Counted from the stretch's first letter, positions 10,190 through 21,226 are shown. The stretch: 64,000 bases of DNA from Bacteroidaceae bacterium (GCA_021768245.1 JAETNO010000018.1:3416-67415); one strand, 5' to 3'. The notes: a model not told the origin generated them from the letters alone. Numbers and translations: made by a program.

Positions 10190-11280
10190 GTGATGGACTT
10201 ATGCCCAAACACTTTCTGAAGAGTTTCCAGCAGCATCCCCTTGAGTATGGCCAGAACGGCAAATGCGTGGCGTCCGATGTGCGGGGTGACCTCGCCCCGG
10301 AGTTGCATTTCCTGCCTATGATTCCAAGACTGAGCCGCATGGCATTGTATTCACCTACCGGAAAGACACATTCGGGGAGTCTTTCTTTTCATCCGTACCC
10401 CTATATTTTTCAATCAGTTCGATAGCAATGGGCAATAATTTTACGACATACGCCACTCCCGTTTTTATACGGTTGCCCATCAGCCATGTACCGCCGTCGG
10501 AGTCGGTATGGATATTATCGTATGTTATGGCTTTCAAGTCCACATAGGAAAGACCGGTGAAGCACATGAACAGGAACATGTCGCGCATGGCACGCTGGCG
10601 TTTGTATCTCGGTTCTATATGGATTATCCTTTGCAGTTCCTCTTCGGAAAGGAAAGAACGCCTCTTGTATTCGGGCATACACTCGAATGATGCGAACGGA
10701 TGAACCCGTATCCAGCCTTTTTCCTGCGCGATATACATCAGCCACTTCAAGGTATTGACACGCCCGAAGACAGTGGAGTTTGCCAAAGCGCATGTACCGA
10801 GCATCCAGTTGTAGTAATCCTCGATGAATGATTTCTCAAGTTCTTCGATGACAATATCCTCTGCATTCTTCTTGCTTTTCATGAAAAGCAGGAGACTCTT
10901 GTAATCGGCAACCAGACCGCAGTAGGTGCTTTCGGCTTTCTCTATGCCGATTTTCTTTTTATACGGTTCCAGCTGTTCCCTGAAAAGGTTCATAAGGGTG
11001 TGGCATTCCTCTGAGAAGCCGACATAGCGGTTATAGACTTTCTTGGCTGTAACAAAACTGTCGTGGTCGCAGATGTACTGGTAGTGCCTGGTGATTTGCG
11101 CCTTGATATTGTCAAGCTCCTGATTGAGTGTACGGGCCTCCTCGGACTTGCCTTTGGCCCGGTTGGTTTTGACGTCCCACAAAGCGAGGGACACTTCTTT
11201 CTTACAACTGAAACCGGCTTGGGTTCCATTGATGGTGATACGGCCCATAATCGGTGTCTTTCCGTTTTTTACAGACTGTT
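10190..11280 (-). pseudogene. Decayed Bacteroidota tyrosine integrase (truncated at both ends, two frameshifts)
   Basis: KNGKTPIMGRITING arm domain; RDMFLFMCFTGLSYVD; continues in other frames as EVTPHIGRHAFA...QKVFGHKSI, then unrelated sequence. Confidence 0.8.
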
Positions 11281-11677
11281 TATTCTCAAAACACTTAGCT
11301 ATACATGGTCTGCGATAAGCTAAGAGAGATTCCCCTTACACAAAAGCATGGCATCTCCTTGTCGTATCTCGCCTTTATACTTTTATGTATAGTAGTCTAC
11401 CGGATCGAATGAACAAGACCTATCCCATACATAAACCAATTTAGACTGCTATGTTATTTTTGAGGAAGAAGATGGAATGAGACCAGATACCCTCTTTAAG
11501 GCTGACTGTAAGTCGATTAAATGTAGAAAAAGATTGCTTTTGTCACAAGTAAAGTGTATATTTGCATTGAAAGAATCGTTCTTTGACAGAGGCAAAAGAA
11601 AACAGAATATTGTAATTCGCTCGTTTCTAAATCGTTACCTGATATTAATTAAACAGAAATAACTGTTTAATTTTCAA

Positions 11678-12733
11678 TTAGATAGAGATTGTATGATGTT
11701 TCGCCGTGTGAAAAGAGATATGTTTGGTGATTTTCGCTGTCTTTGCCCAATGCTGTAACGTGTCGTTCACCGTCCCTTCGTGCGTCAACGGATAGATAGA
11801 ATCGCCGTCTTTCGCTTCGCCTCGTTCCGGCAGCCACTTCAACGCTTCGTCGGAGATCGGCAGGTAAAGCGGCTCCTTCGTTTTCTGCATTTTGATCTCG
11901 ATGCGCACACGCCCGCCGCTCTGCTGCAAGTCGCTCCATGTCAGTTTCCGAATGTCGCTCACCCGCAACCCGCACAGGCAACTAAACAGAAAGGCTTGTT
12001 TAATGATCTCGTGCCGACACGGGGTAGCTATCAGCAACTTCAACTCCTCGATAGTCAGGTATTCCCGGCGGCTCGGCTCTTGTCTTACTTTATCTGCAAA
12101 ATCAAACTCCTTTGTAGGGTTGATCGTAATTATACCCTCTTTATAGGCTCGGTTGATCGCCGTGCGCAACGTGCCGTAATAGGAAACGACCGAATTATTC
12201 CCCAGCACGCCTCCGGTTTTCCGCACTCCGTATTTGCTGGCCTTGGGCATCTGCCGCAGGAAATCGGTAAACTCCGAAAGAAACTATTTATCGACATCGC
12301 GAAACGCGATATAATCACCCCGAAACAACTTCAACGCACGGACGGTATTCAGCACCGTTCGCGCATAGTTCCCGCTCCCCCGCTCGGCTGACTGTTTCCC
12401 GATGCTCTCCAGATAGTCGAGCAGATTTACTTTGGACTTGTTCGTGTTCTGAAACCCGTGCGCGTCGTTCTGTATCTCCACAATGCGCTTACTTTGGATC
12501 GCTTTGGCAAGCGCAAGCGTCGCCTCGTTCTTCGTCTTATCCTCCCGTGTCCGCTCCGGGATCAGGTAGAGTTTCAGAAACTCATACTGCCGCTTGCCGC
12601 CGACATAGTTCTCCTTACGGATGACATCGCCCGTATAATAATCCAAATAGATAGATTGGTTGCCGTTGGCAAGCTGCTTGAACCGGATTTGCACCGGGGC
12701 TTTTAACTTGACCGTTTGCTTCGTCTTCGCCAT
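11678..12733 (-). pseudogene. Tyrosine integrase with an in-frame TAG (12284-12286), truncated at the HxxRH motif
   Basis: ORFs 12284..12733 and 11678..12250 are in the same frame (DVDK*FLSEFTDFLRQMPK); FSCLCGLRVSD; ends at HISFHTAKH with no catalytic Tyr segment. Confidence 0.85.
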
Positions 12734-12739
12734 ACCCTA

Positions 12740-12910
12740 ATTCCTTTTTCGTTACAACGGCAAATATAGCGATTTGTTTTGTTACTTCGCGCCTTTCAAG
12801 TAACAAAATAGTAACAAAACAAAGGCATTTATCGGCTAAAACAGGAAAACGGGGAAAACAAGAGAAAAGAGAGCAAAGAAATATAAAATATTGCTTATTA
12901 GTTTTTTACA
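12740..12910. mobile_element. Right boundary (att end) of the integrative island
   Basis: GTAACAAAA direct repeats at 12800 and 12811, inverted copy at 12777; integrase promoter TATATTTG at 12768-12761; abrupt switch to GC-rich DNA near the 3' end of the next gene. Confidence 0.6.
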
Positions 12911-12911
12911 A

Positions 12912-13829
12912 TCAATTTATTCGACTTTCTTTGTCCTTTTTCCATATCTGGTAGGAATTGACGAAGTTCTGCCAGACAATATATGCCGTCGGGGCGATCG
13001 AGGAGATCGGGTCGAGGAACGACTGCGCCATCCAGACGGCCAGCACCGTGTTTTTCTGCCCGAGCGACTGCCCGCCCGCCGGAGCGTCGCCGTAACGGCG
13101 GCCGAGCGAGCGGCCGACCTTGAACTGCACCAGGCAGATTACCAGCGCCGCGAATGCCAGCCACAGCCCGGTCGCGGGCGAAGCATCGTGCAAATCGAGG
13201 ATAAAGGCCGTCGTACGGCCGATGATCACCACCAGCGATACGAGCCACATGTAAAATGAAATCTGACTGTGATCCCCGATCCATTTCGCCGCTCCGGGCA
13301 GTACGAAACGGCAGAACTGCGCAGCCGCGAAGGGCATGATGAGCAGCGGCGCGATACGCGCCAGTATCTGCGTGAAGGAGCATGCCCCCGTCCCGGCCAG
13401 CGACAGAACGACGGGCGCCACGAGCGCGATCACCATGTTGCACACGAGGCTGTATGTAGCCATCGTCGGGACATTGGCCCCGAGCATCCCGGCGATCACC
13501 ACCGCGGCCATCGCCACGGGCGCCAGCACACAGATCATCGCCCCCTGTGCCACGATGGGATTCAGCGGCAGCAGCAGGAAATAGACCGCCACGCTCACCA
13601 CGACCTGAAACAGCAGCAGCCAGAAATGCAGCATCGAAGGCTTCATCTGCCGGGGCTTGACGCGGCAGAATGTGACGAAGAGCATCAGGAAGATCAGCGA
13701 GGGTGTAATCATCTGGTGCGTCCACCCCTCGAGGGCGGTCACGGGGCGGCAAAGCAACGCCCCGACCACCATGGCCGTCGGCATGGCGACGGTCTTGACA
13801 TTGCGGTGCAGGTATTCCAGTACGTGCAT
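12912..13829 (-). CDS. Bile acid:Na+ symporter-like membrane transporter
   Basis: Multiple hydrophobic helices; GQSLGQKNT motif. Confidence 0.7.
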   Translation of the reverse strand: MHVLEYLHRNVKTVAMPTAMVVGALLCRPVTALEGWTHQMITPSLIFLMLFVTFCRVKPRQMKPSMLHFWLLLFQVVVSVAVYFLLLPLNPIVAQGAMICVLAPVAMAAVVIAGMLGANVPTMATYSLVCNMVIALVAPVVLSLAGTGACSFTQILARIAPLLIMPFAAAQFCRFVLPGAAKWIGDHSQISFYMWLVSLVVIIGRTTAFILDLHDASPATGLWLAFAALVICLVQFKVGRSLGRRYGDAPAGGQSLGQKNTVLAVWMAQSFLDPISSIAPTAYIVWQNFVNSYQIWKKDKESRIN

Positions 13830-14983
13830 TATTTCATGGTTTCAATCGTTAGGACAACATGCTGCCCGGAGGCCGTCCCGATCCCGCACACCGTACCGTC
13901 CAGCGGGTCGGGGTCGAGCAGGAATCGGCAGACGTCGCCGTCCCAGGGGTGCCCGTCGAGCGAGAGGATGCGGTCGCCGGGGGCGATGACGTCCGCGAGC
14001 GCCTCGTCCCACACCTGCCCGACGACGAGCTGCCCGGCGGAAAGGGCCAGCGTAAAATTACAGGCGGGCTGCGGCGGGGCTTTCGCCTCGCCCCCGCGGG
14101 GTATGAACAGGAAGCGCTTGCGGCGGAAATCGAGCACGACCTGCCCCCAGTCGAACAACTTGCAGCCGAGGATCCGGTTGTGGCCGAAGGTGCGCTTGAC
14201 CGGCATGTCGGCAATGGCCGTCCCCTGAATTTCGAACCGGGGGATCATACCCCGGAAATGGCTGTTCACCCTGTTGCGGTTCGTCCAGCCGATAGCCGAC
14301 GCATATCCGTCGGCCCAGCGCAGGCTGTCGATGAACCACAGGGGCGGGGGCGCATCGCCGGAATCGGCATAGGAGAAATGGAAATAGCCCGCCGAGCCGG
14401 TGTCGAATTTGACGTACATCCGGGCCTGCCTGTCGCCGTTGCGGCATGTCACCGGCAGAAACGGGCATCCGCCGCCCAGTTCCATGCGCGACATGCGTCG
14501 GCCGCGGGGCAGCCCCAGCGTGCGGACATCGTCCGTGACGGTGATTGTCGAGTCGGCATTGGGCATGCGGACGGCGCACCAGCGCAGCAGGTCGCACCCC
14601 GCGATGCCGTCGACCCGCAGGCAGGCGAAGACCAGCGAAGTGTCGGGCATGACCAGCACCGGATGGTCGCGGAAAAGCGCGTCGCCCATCCGCAGGCTGT
14701 CGAGCCGAACCAGGTCGATGGGAACGACATGGCCCTCGAAATCGCGGACTTTTTGGGTTTTCACGATCTCGGCCCCCAGTTCGTCGCGCAGCGATTCGCT
14801 GATGCAGGTGCCCGACGCCCCGGTGTCGAAGATAAACCGGCGGGGGCCCGCAGGCGTGCCGAGCACCACGACATATTTGCCGTGCTCGACCGTATAGGGC
14901 AGGTCGAACCGTACGGCAGGACGCCGTGCGCAAACCTCCTGCACCGCAAAGAGACTGCACAGGACAAACAACAGGCGCTTCAT
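13829..14983 (-). CDS. Secreted two-domain retropepsin-like aspartyl protease with C-terminal PDZ-like region
   Basis: Signal peptide MKRLLFVLC (start reassigned to 14983); two DTG motifs (FIFDTGAS, KFDTGS). Confidence 0.75.
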   Translation of the reverse strand: MKRLLFVLCSLFAVQEVCARRPAVRFDLPYTVEHGKYVVVLGTPAGPRRFIFDTGASGTCISESLRDELGAEIVKTQKVRDFEGHVVPIDLVRLDSLRMGDALFRDHPVLVMPDTSLVFACLRVDGIAGCDLLRWCAVRMPNADSTITVTDDVRTLGLPRGRRMSRMELGGGCPFLPVTCRNGDRQARMYVKFDTGSAGYFHFSYADSGDAPPPLWFIDSLRWADGYASAIGWTNRNRVNSHFRGMIPRFEIQGTAIADMPVKRTFGHNRILGCKLFDWGQVVLDFRRKRFLFIPRGGEAKAPPQPACNFTLALSAGQLVVGQVWDEALADVIAPGDRILSLDGHPWDGDVCRFLLDPDPLDGTVCGIGTASGQHVVLTIETMK

Positions 14984-14996
14984 CGGCACACCGGCC

Positions 14997-15446
14997 TTAT
15001 GAAAGCAGTTCCCTGACCTTGGCCGAAATATCCTTGCCGTCGGCACGTCCGGCGAGCTTCTTCGTGACCACGCCCATCACCTTGCCCATCTGCGTCACCG
15101 ACGTGGCGCCGACCTGGGCGATCACGGCCCTGACCTCGGCCTCCAGCTCTTCGGGCGTAAGCTGCCGGGGCAGGAACTCCTGGTAGACGGCGACCTGTGC
15201 CAACTCCTCGGCCGCGAGGTCGGGGCGGTTCTGCTCTGTGAAGATCGCGGCGGAATCGGCACCCTGCTTGGCCAGTTTGGAGATGATTTTCAGTACGTCG
15301 GCATCGGGCAGCTCGGCGATTTCCGGGCCCGCGGTCTTGGCCTCGATGATATACTTCTTGGCATTGCGCAATGCGCCCAGGCGCACGGTATCCTTGGCCT
15401 TCATGGCCTCCATGATACCTTTCGAAATCTGTTGTTCGAGTGACAT
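14997..15446 (-). CDS. GatB/YqeY domain protein
   Basis: AMKAKD...LPRQL...MGKVMG...GRADGK pattern. Confidence 0.9.
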   Translation of the reverse strand: MSLEQQISKGIMEAMKAKDTVRLGALRNAKKYIIEAKTAGPEIAELPDADVLKIISKLAKQGADSAAIFTEQNRPDLAAEELAQVAVYQEFLPRQLTPEELEAEVRAVIAQVGATSVTQMGKVMGVVTKKLAGRADGKDISAKVRELLS

Positions 15447-15573
15447 AATTTATCTATTTTACAAAAAACAATCGTTTGTCCGTCCTCTTCCGGGGCGCCC
15501 CGCCGGGCGGCACACGGCGCTTGGGGCGCCACAGCCGGAGCGTAACCGCCGCAAAACCGGCACCGGAGGCCGG

Positions 15574-18567
15574 CTAATCATCCCCTCCGCTCTTTCCGCC
15601 GAGCAGGAAACCCAGTATGTCGGCCATCAGCCGGTCGCGCTGCACATCGCTCTCGAGGGCTTCGAACGGAAAGCCCATGACGAACGTGCGGCTGTCCGCG
15701 CAGGCCACCCCCGCGCAGCGGTTGTTGTCCACGTAGCGCATCACGGGGAAAGCCCCGCCACCCGCGGGTCTCAGGGCATCGACCCGTTCGACCCGGTAGC
15801 GGTCGGGGCGGAAATCGTCGACATAGCGGTACTCGTCGCGCGAAAAACCCGCATGCGAAGTCACGACCCGCACCCGGTTGCGGTCGGCGGCCTGGTCGCC
15901 GTCGTAGGTGTAGTGCAACACCTCCTCGGCAAAAGCGCGGTCTGCGGGGGTGGCCTCCCCGCCCGTCCAAAGGTCGGTCGCCACGTAGCTGCCCGACACG
16001 AAAAGGGCTCCGTCACCGGCCATATAGCGCCTCAGGACATCCTGCAATTCAGGCGAAAACGTTTTGAACGCATACCCCGCCACACCGCGCCCGATGGTCA
16101 CGGAGCGCTGTTTGCCCAGAATCAGGTCGACTGCGGAATACTCCTCCAATGACACGCCGCGATCCCCCACGGCCCGCACCGAGGCCGAGCAGAACGAATA
16201 GCCCGCCCGGGCTATGGAACGGCCGTGCACATAGGGATAGTCGAACGTATTGCCGCCGATTACCTCCGTCTCGTAGTCACAGTTGCAGGCGCCGAGGGCG
16301 ATGCTGTCGACCTCGCACCCGGCCATCGCCAGGTCGAACACCTGCTGCCCGCCGATGAACGAAATGTCCTGTTTGTCGGGCACCCCGCCGTCAAGCTCGG
16401 TATAGAACCCGGCCAGCGAATCGCGGCGCATGCTCAGCGGGGCGCTGATGCGGTCGAATCCGTTTACGACCAACACGTTCCCTTTCCCGCCGGGGATACG
16501 GCAGGCGGCGACGACCTCGCTGGGAAAACTCTCCCCGCCTTCGTTCACGGCGGTCACCTTATAGCTGTAAATGCGCCCCGGTTCCTGCTCGGAGAGCAAA
16601 TAGGGCTTGTCGGTATAGCGGCCGTTGTCGAAGCCGCCGTCGTCGATGCGCGTATAGACCACATAACCGGTCGGGGCGGCAGTCGTTTCGAGCGAATCCA
16701 TCACGGGCGACCACGAAACGGCCACCTTGCCGTCAGCGGCGAACTCCGCGGCGAGGGACTCCACAGGCAGCGGCTGCACTACATAAGGTAATTCGTACTG
16801 CGAACTGATATACTGCAAGATACCCTTGTAGATAGCACGGCTCACGAGGAACTTGAAGCGCGGGTCGCTGCCATAGCGCATGTCGGCGAAATTCTGGTGC
16901 GAGAGCAGTTCGAGAAGCATGGTCGGGGCACCCGGCACGCGCGCTTCGTAATAGGCGCGGTTCCAGAGCCCGCGGCGGTTCCATTCGGGTTCGCAGGTAC
17001 GGCGGATGTCGGAGACGATCTGCGTCATGACGATGTCCGTCAGGTCGCGCGAGCGGTAGCGGTCGGCACCGCCCTCGAAACGCCCCTTGTTCTCGCGGGT
17101 ATAGAAGATGCCCAGCGTGCCGATGGTCTCGTCGTTGAGCCGCACGCCCGCATCGGAATGGAAGGCCAGCGCCATGTCGACCGGAATCCGCAGTCCCGTG
17201 CTGTCGGGCATCCGCTCCGAACCGCCCATCAGGGCATTGACCCAGTGGGCGCGCGACATGTAGTCGTCCTTATAATCGTCGGCGTTCTTCTTCGGGGTGT
17301 ATACCTTCGGGTCGAACCCCGCCCACTGGAGCCAGTAGCGGGCGCCCTCGCAGAAACGGGGATAGCCGCTCGTCTCCTCGGCATATTCGACGCCGGGACG
17401 GCGCAGCGAATCGCTGACCGAGCGGGCGACATTACCGTAGCCGCCGCCGACCTTCACGGCGTCGGCCGTGACGATACGTCCCGCCTGCCGCGAGCGGTTG
17501 GTGAGCGTCACGACCGGCTGCTCACCCGGCCCGAAGAGGAAATGCCCGAGGTAAATCCATGTCCCGCCGCCCATCGTCTGGTTCACGGCGAACGTACTCT
17601 CGCCGCCGAGGTGATGCACCGTATACTGCGCGTCGTCGGTGCTTCCGGGCACCGTTTCATAGCTTACATAGACGGCGTATTCACCCCGCTCGGGGATGGA
17701 GGCACGCCACGCGGCGCGGCTCTCGGCACCCCCGGCAACCGTCCGCACACGGCGGGTCGTACCATCCCGGAACGGGTTTTCGCCGGTGCGGTATACCTGC
17801 CGCGTATGCGCGAACCCGACACCGCCCGGCTGCCATTTCTCGGGGCCGTCCGTCTCGGCGTATTGCCCGGCGGCATCGTTGTCGGCCAACACCTCGTATT
17901 TCTGCACATCGCGCTCGCGGGGCAACATCACGCAGGCTCCCGCATTTTCGAGCATCGGCACCAGGTAAGGCAGCACATAGCTCTGGGTATAGAGGTCTTC
18001 GCAGGTCATCCACAGCCGCGAACGCTGCCATTTCCAGCGGTTCGCAGGCTGGTCGAAATAGCGTCCGTGGCTCTGCCACAGCGCGATATGGCGCCCGGAG
18101 AGCCCCTGCGTGGGAGCTACGGGCGAGGACTGGCGGACGACGAGCGGCCGCTGCGAACGGTTGACGAAGGGCACGACCTTCTTCTTGCGCAGCAGTTTCC
18201 TGAACTCGGCATCGGTGCGGTAGGCCATCGGGATCAGCCCCCGCACTTCGCGCTTGTTGGAATATAGCTCGATGGAGGCCTTGCGGTACTCCGGCGGCAG
18301 GACGGCACGCACCGAGTCGTACATGGCCCGCAGGTTCTGCTCGCGGAACGGGTAATAGGAGAGCCCCACCGAGGTGTAGATGCGCACCCGCTTGCGCGAG
18401 GCGTCCACGCCCTCGATCCGGACAAAGCCGCCCGAAACCTCACGGGCGACGATACGCGACAATGTACGGCCGATCTCGCGGCGGGTCGTGGCGTCGACCC
18501 CGGCGGCCGGGGCTTGCTGCCAGCCGAAGCAGAGCAGCAGAAAAAACGACAGGAATTTAGTTTTCAT
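15574..18567 (-). CDS. Secreted amidase_3-like protein with inserted golvesin/xanthan-lyase-type CBM and FN3 domain
   Basis: Signal peptide from MKTKFL; IALWQSHG, CEDL, LAFHSDA, LLELLSH motifs; VNQTMGGGTWIYLG; YSYKVTAVNEGGES. Confidence 0.65.
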   Translation of the reverse strand: MKTKFLSFFLLLCFGWQQAPAAGVDATTRREIGRTLSRIVAREVSGGFVRIEGVDASRKRVRIYTSVGLSYYPFREQNLRAMYDSVRAVLPPEYRKASIELYSNKREVRGLIPMAYRTDAEFRKLLRKKKVVPFVNRSQRPLVVRQSSPVAPTQGLSGRHIALWQSHGRYFDQPANRWKWQRSRLWMTCEDLYTQSYVLPYLVPMLENAGACVMLPRERDVQKYEVLADNDAAGQYAETDGPEKWQPGGVGFAHTRQVYRTGENPFRDGTTRRVRTVAGGAESRAAWRASIPERGEYAVYVSYETVPGSTDDAQYTVHHLGGESTFAVNQTMGGGTWIYLGHFLFGPGEQPVVTLTNRSRQAGRIVTADAVKVGGGYGNVARSVSDSLRRPGVEYAEETSGYPRFCEGARYWLQWAGFDPKVYTPKKNADDYKDDYMSRAHWVNALMGGSERMPDSTGLRIPVDMALAFHSDAGVRLNDETIGTLGIFYTRENKGRFEGGADRYRSRDLTDIVMTQIVSDIRRTCEPEWNRRGLWNRAYYEARVPGAPTMLLELLSHQNFADMRYGSDPRFKFLVSRAIYKGILQYISSQYELPYVVQPLPVESLAAEFAADGKVAVSWSPVMDSLETTAAPTGYVVYTRIDDGGFDNGRYTDKPYLLSEQEPGRIYSYKVTAVNEGGESFPSEVVAACRIPGGKGNVLVVNGFDRISAPLSMRRDSLAGFYTELDGGVPDKQDISFIGGQQVFDLAMAGCEVDSIALGACNCDYETEVIGGNTFDYPYVHGRSIARAGYSFCSASVRAVGDRGVSLEEYSAVDLILGKQRSVTIGRGVAGYAFKTFSPELQDVLRRYMAGDGALFVSGSYVATDLWTGGEATPADRAFAEEVLHYTYDGDQAADRNRVRVVTSHAGFSRDEYRYVDDFRPDRYRVERVDALRPAGGGAFPVMRYVDNNRCAGVACADSRTFVMGFPFEALESDVQRDRLMADILGFLLGGKSGGDD

Positions 18568-20008
18568 TCTTCTTGGCAAGCAACAACATGCCGGCCATGG
18601 TAAAGACGGCATTGTAAATCAAAAGTTCGAACCCGATCCGGTAGTCCCACGCCTCGCGCGCCCAGTATTGCACGAGGGCGCTCAGCACGGGGGCGGCGAC
18701 GGCGACCACGGGCATCCAGCCGTCGCGGATCCTCAGGCGCGTGAACATCCCGAAGGCGAACATACCCAGGATCGGCCCGTAGGTATAGCTGGCAACCTTG
18801 TAGACGAGGTTGATGACGCTGTCGTCGGCCAGGTACTCGAAGCCGAGGATCACCAGCGCCATGCCGACGGCCATGCCGACGTGTACGCCCTTCCGGATGC
18901 GGGTCAGGCGTTCGTCACCGTAGCGCCTGGTGCCTTGCAGGATGTCGACCGTGAACGAGGTCGTAAGGGCCGTAAGGGCCGAACCGGCAGCTGAATAAGT
19001 ACTCGAAATAAGCCCTATAACAAACAGTATGCCAACAAATACCGGCAATCCGCCCTCGACAGCCACCAGCGAGAATACCTGGTCGCCCTTTACGGGCATC
19101 GCAAGGCCGGTGCGGCCGATGTAAATGTAGAGCAGCACACCCAGCACGAGGAACAGGAAGATGACGAATATCTGGCTGACGGCCGTCAGGACGATGTTTT
19201 TCTGCGAATCGCGCGGCGTGGCGCAGCTCAGGTTCCGCTGCATCATGTCCTGGTCGAGCCCCGTCATGGAGATCAGCAGCACGACGCCCGCAAGGAACAT
19301 CTTCCAGAAATAGCGGTCGGAGGAGGGGTCGTCGAAGAAAAACACCCGCGAATAGGGCGACGCGGCGACCTCGCGGGTCATTTCGCCGAACGACATGCCG
19401 AGCGCCTGCATGATGAAGACGATCGACAGCACGAGGCTGCCCACCAGGCAGAAAGTCTTGAGCGTATCCGTCCAGATGAGCGACTTGACACCCCCCTGTT
19501 GCGTATAGAGCCAGACGAAGAGCATCGTCACCAGCGCATTGAGCCAGAACGGCAGCCCGTAGTGGCTGAAAACCAGCAGTTGCATGACGGCGCAGACCAC
19601 GTAGACACGCAGCGCGGCACCCAGCATCTTCGACACGAAGAAGAACCATGCCCCGGTATGGTGCGAGAGGATGCCGAAGCGCCCGTCGAGGTATTCGTAG
19701 AGCGACACCACCCGGAGGCGGTAGAAGGTCGGGATGAGCAGGAACGCGACGACCAGCTGCCCCACGGTGAAACCGGCGACCATCTGCATGTAGGAGAAAG
19801 AATCGACGGCGACCGAGCCCGGCACCGAGATGAAAGTCACGCCCGAGATCGCAGCCCCGATCATGGCGAAAGCCGCCATATACCATGGCGTGCTCCGGTT
19901 GCCGGTGAAAAACCCGGCATTGTCGGCACGCCGTCCAGAAAGCCAGGCGACGACAAAAAGTACGGCTATATAGCCCAATACGGTGGCGATAACGGCGAGA
20001 GGTGTCAT
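18557..20008 (-). CDS. Sodium:solute symporter family transporter
   Basis: SGVTFISVPG and GLDQDMMQR motifs; many TM helices. Confidence 0.88.
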   Translation of the reverse strand: MTPLAVIATVLGYIAVLFVVAWLSGRRADNAGFFTGNRSTPWYMAAFAMIGAAISGVTFISVPGSVAVDSFSYMQMVAGFTVGQLVVAFLLIPTFYRLRVVSLYEYLDGRFGILSHHTGAWFFFVSKMLGAALRVYVVCAVMQLLVFSHYGLPFWLNALVTMLFVWLYTQQGGVKSLIWTDTLKTFCLVGSLVLSIVFIMQALGMSFGEMTREVAASPYSRVFFFDDPSSDRYFWKMFLAGVVLLISMTGLDQDMMQRNLSCATPRDSQKNIVLTAVSQIFVIFLFLVLGVLLYIYIGRTGLAMPVKGDQVFSLVAVEGGLPVFVGILFVIGLISSTYSAAGSALTALTTSFTVDILQGTRRYGDERLTRIRKGVHVGMAVGMALVILGFEYLADDSVINLVYKVASYTYGPILGMFAFGMFTRLRIRDGWMPVVAVAAPVLSALVQYWAREAWDYRIGFELLIYNAVFTMAGMLLLAKKNEN

Positions 20009-20316
20009 AAGCGGAGTCAGCGTTCGGATTTAAGTTACAAATATAGCAAAAAAGGCTGTACGGCCGCAATCGAAGGGCATTTTTCGACTAAAAAAACAAC
20101 ATCGGGGAACGGCTTGCGCCCGCCCGGGGGCCGTGCCGGAAAAAACGGCCGGGGTAAACGGGAGAACGAACGGCAAAGCGACCGGAAAGGCCGCCCGGCA
20201 GAGATGCCGCGCAGCACCCGCACACCCGGGAAACCGACATGCAGCGCAGGAATAAGTATTTTTACTGAAGGTTTGCACGGAGCGGCCAGCTATCTTTGCA
20301 CTAAACGAACAACACC

Positions 20317-20880
20317 ATGAAACAGGAACGACATGCGACGACACTCGCGGAGGATTTGCAGGAGGCTTCGGCCAACACGGCCGAATACGGGGAGTTTTTC
20401 ACCGGGTTGACGGGGATCACCGACAGGAAACCCGTCGACGACGCATTGGGCGAGCGAATACAGGGCTATGTGCTCGGCTGGCTCGAGGGGCACCCGCTGA
20501 CGGCATTCGACGACTATTCCGCGACCGCCTACCGCCGCACCTATCTGGGCCGATCGCCGGAAACGGGATGGGAGGCGATCGTGATGAGCTGGCAGGAGGG
20601 CAACCGCACGAGCATCCATGCCCACCCGCAGTTCGCAGGCTACCACTTCGCCGACGGCAGGTTCCGGCTCGAAATCTTCGAGCCCGCAGGCGACGGCACG
20701 GCACGTCCGGTGCACAGCGCCGAGGTCGAAGCCCCGTGTGCATTCTTCGCAATCGGGAAGCCGGGATGTTTCGACAACCACATACACCGCATCACCTGCC
20801 TGAGCCCCACGGGGCACAGCCTGCACGTCTATTCGGACGACGCACTCCGCGGCGAGGTATACGGCGAAGCGGATGAATAA
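20317..20880 (+). CDS. Cysteine dioxygenase-like cupin
   Basis: YRR, W..G..TSIHAH, HIHRI, SLHVYS motifs. Confidence 0.65.
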   Translation: MKQERHATTLAEDLQEASANTAEYGEFFTGLTGITDRKPVDDALGERIQGYVLGWLEGHPLTAFDDYSATAYRRTYLGRSPETGWEAIVMSWQEGNRTSIHAHPQFAGYHFADGRFRLEIFEPAGDGTARPVHSAEVEAPCAFFAIGKPGCFDNHIHRITCLSPTGHSLHVYSDDALRGEVYGEADE

Positions 20881-21226
20881 GCCCCGGACTTTCCTCCCGC
20901 CGCCCGCCCCGCCCCCGGAGCGGCCGCAACCACCCCACGGGAATCACGGCAGCAGGGGCAATAGGTAAAACCGAAGCGCCGAACTGCCCCACTGAAACCG
21001 TCTGCCGGCAGACAAAAATAGCAAAAAAAACGGACACGGTGAAGACGACCGGCAGCAGGGCACAAATACCGGCATTGCAAACACCCGGACGCCGGACGTG
21101 CAATTTCTGCAAACTCCATGCACCGGCCGCACGCTACCGGAAACAGGCCGCACGGGACAGACGAAGATCGCGCCGAGGGTATCCAGGGCTGATTTTGAAA
21201 ATATATTAAAAAATTTTACTTGGAAT

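Noticed and set aside
9700..10190. Possible gene or IS remnants between the riboswitch promoter and the integrase relic
   Set aside because: Fragments too short to assign without a database search
12284..12286. In-frame TAG as possible recoding or readthrough
   Set aside because: The same gene is also truncated before the catalytic Tyr, and TAG ends normal genes in this window, so a simple nonsense mutation is more likely
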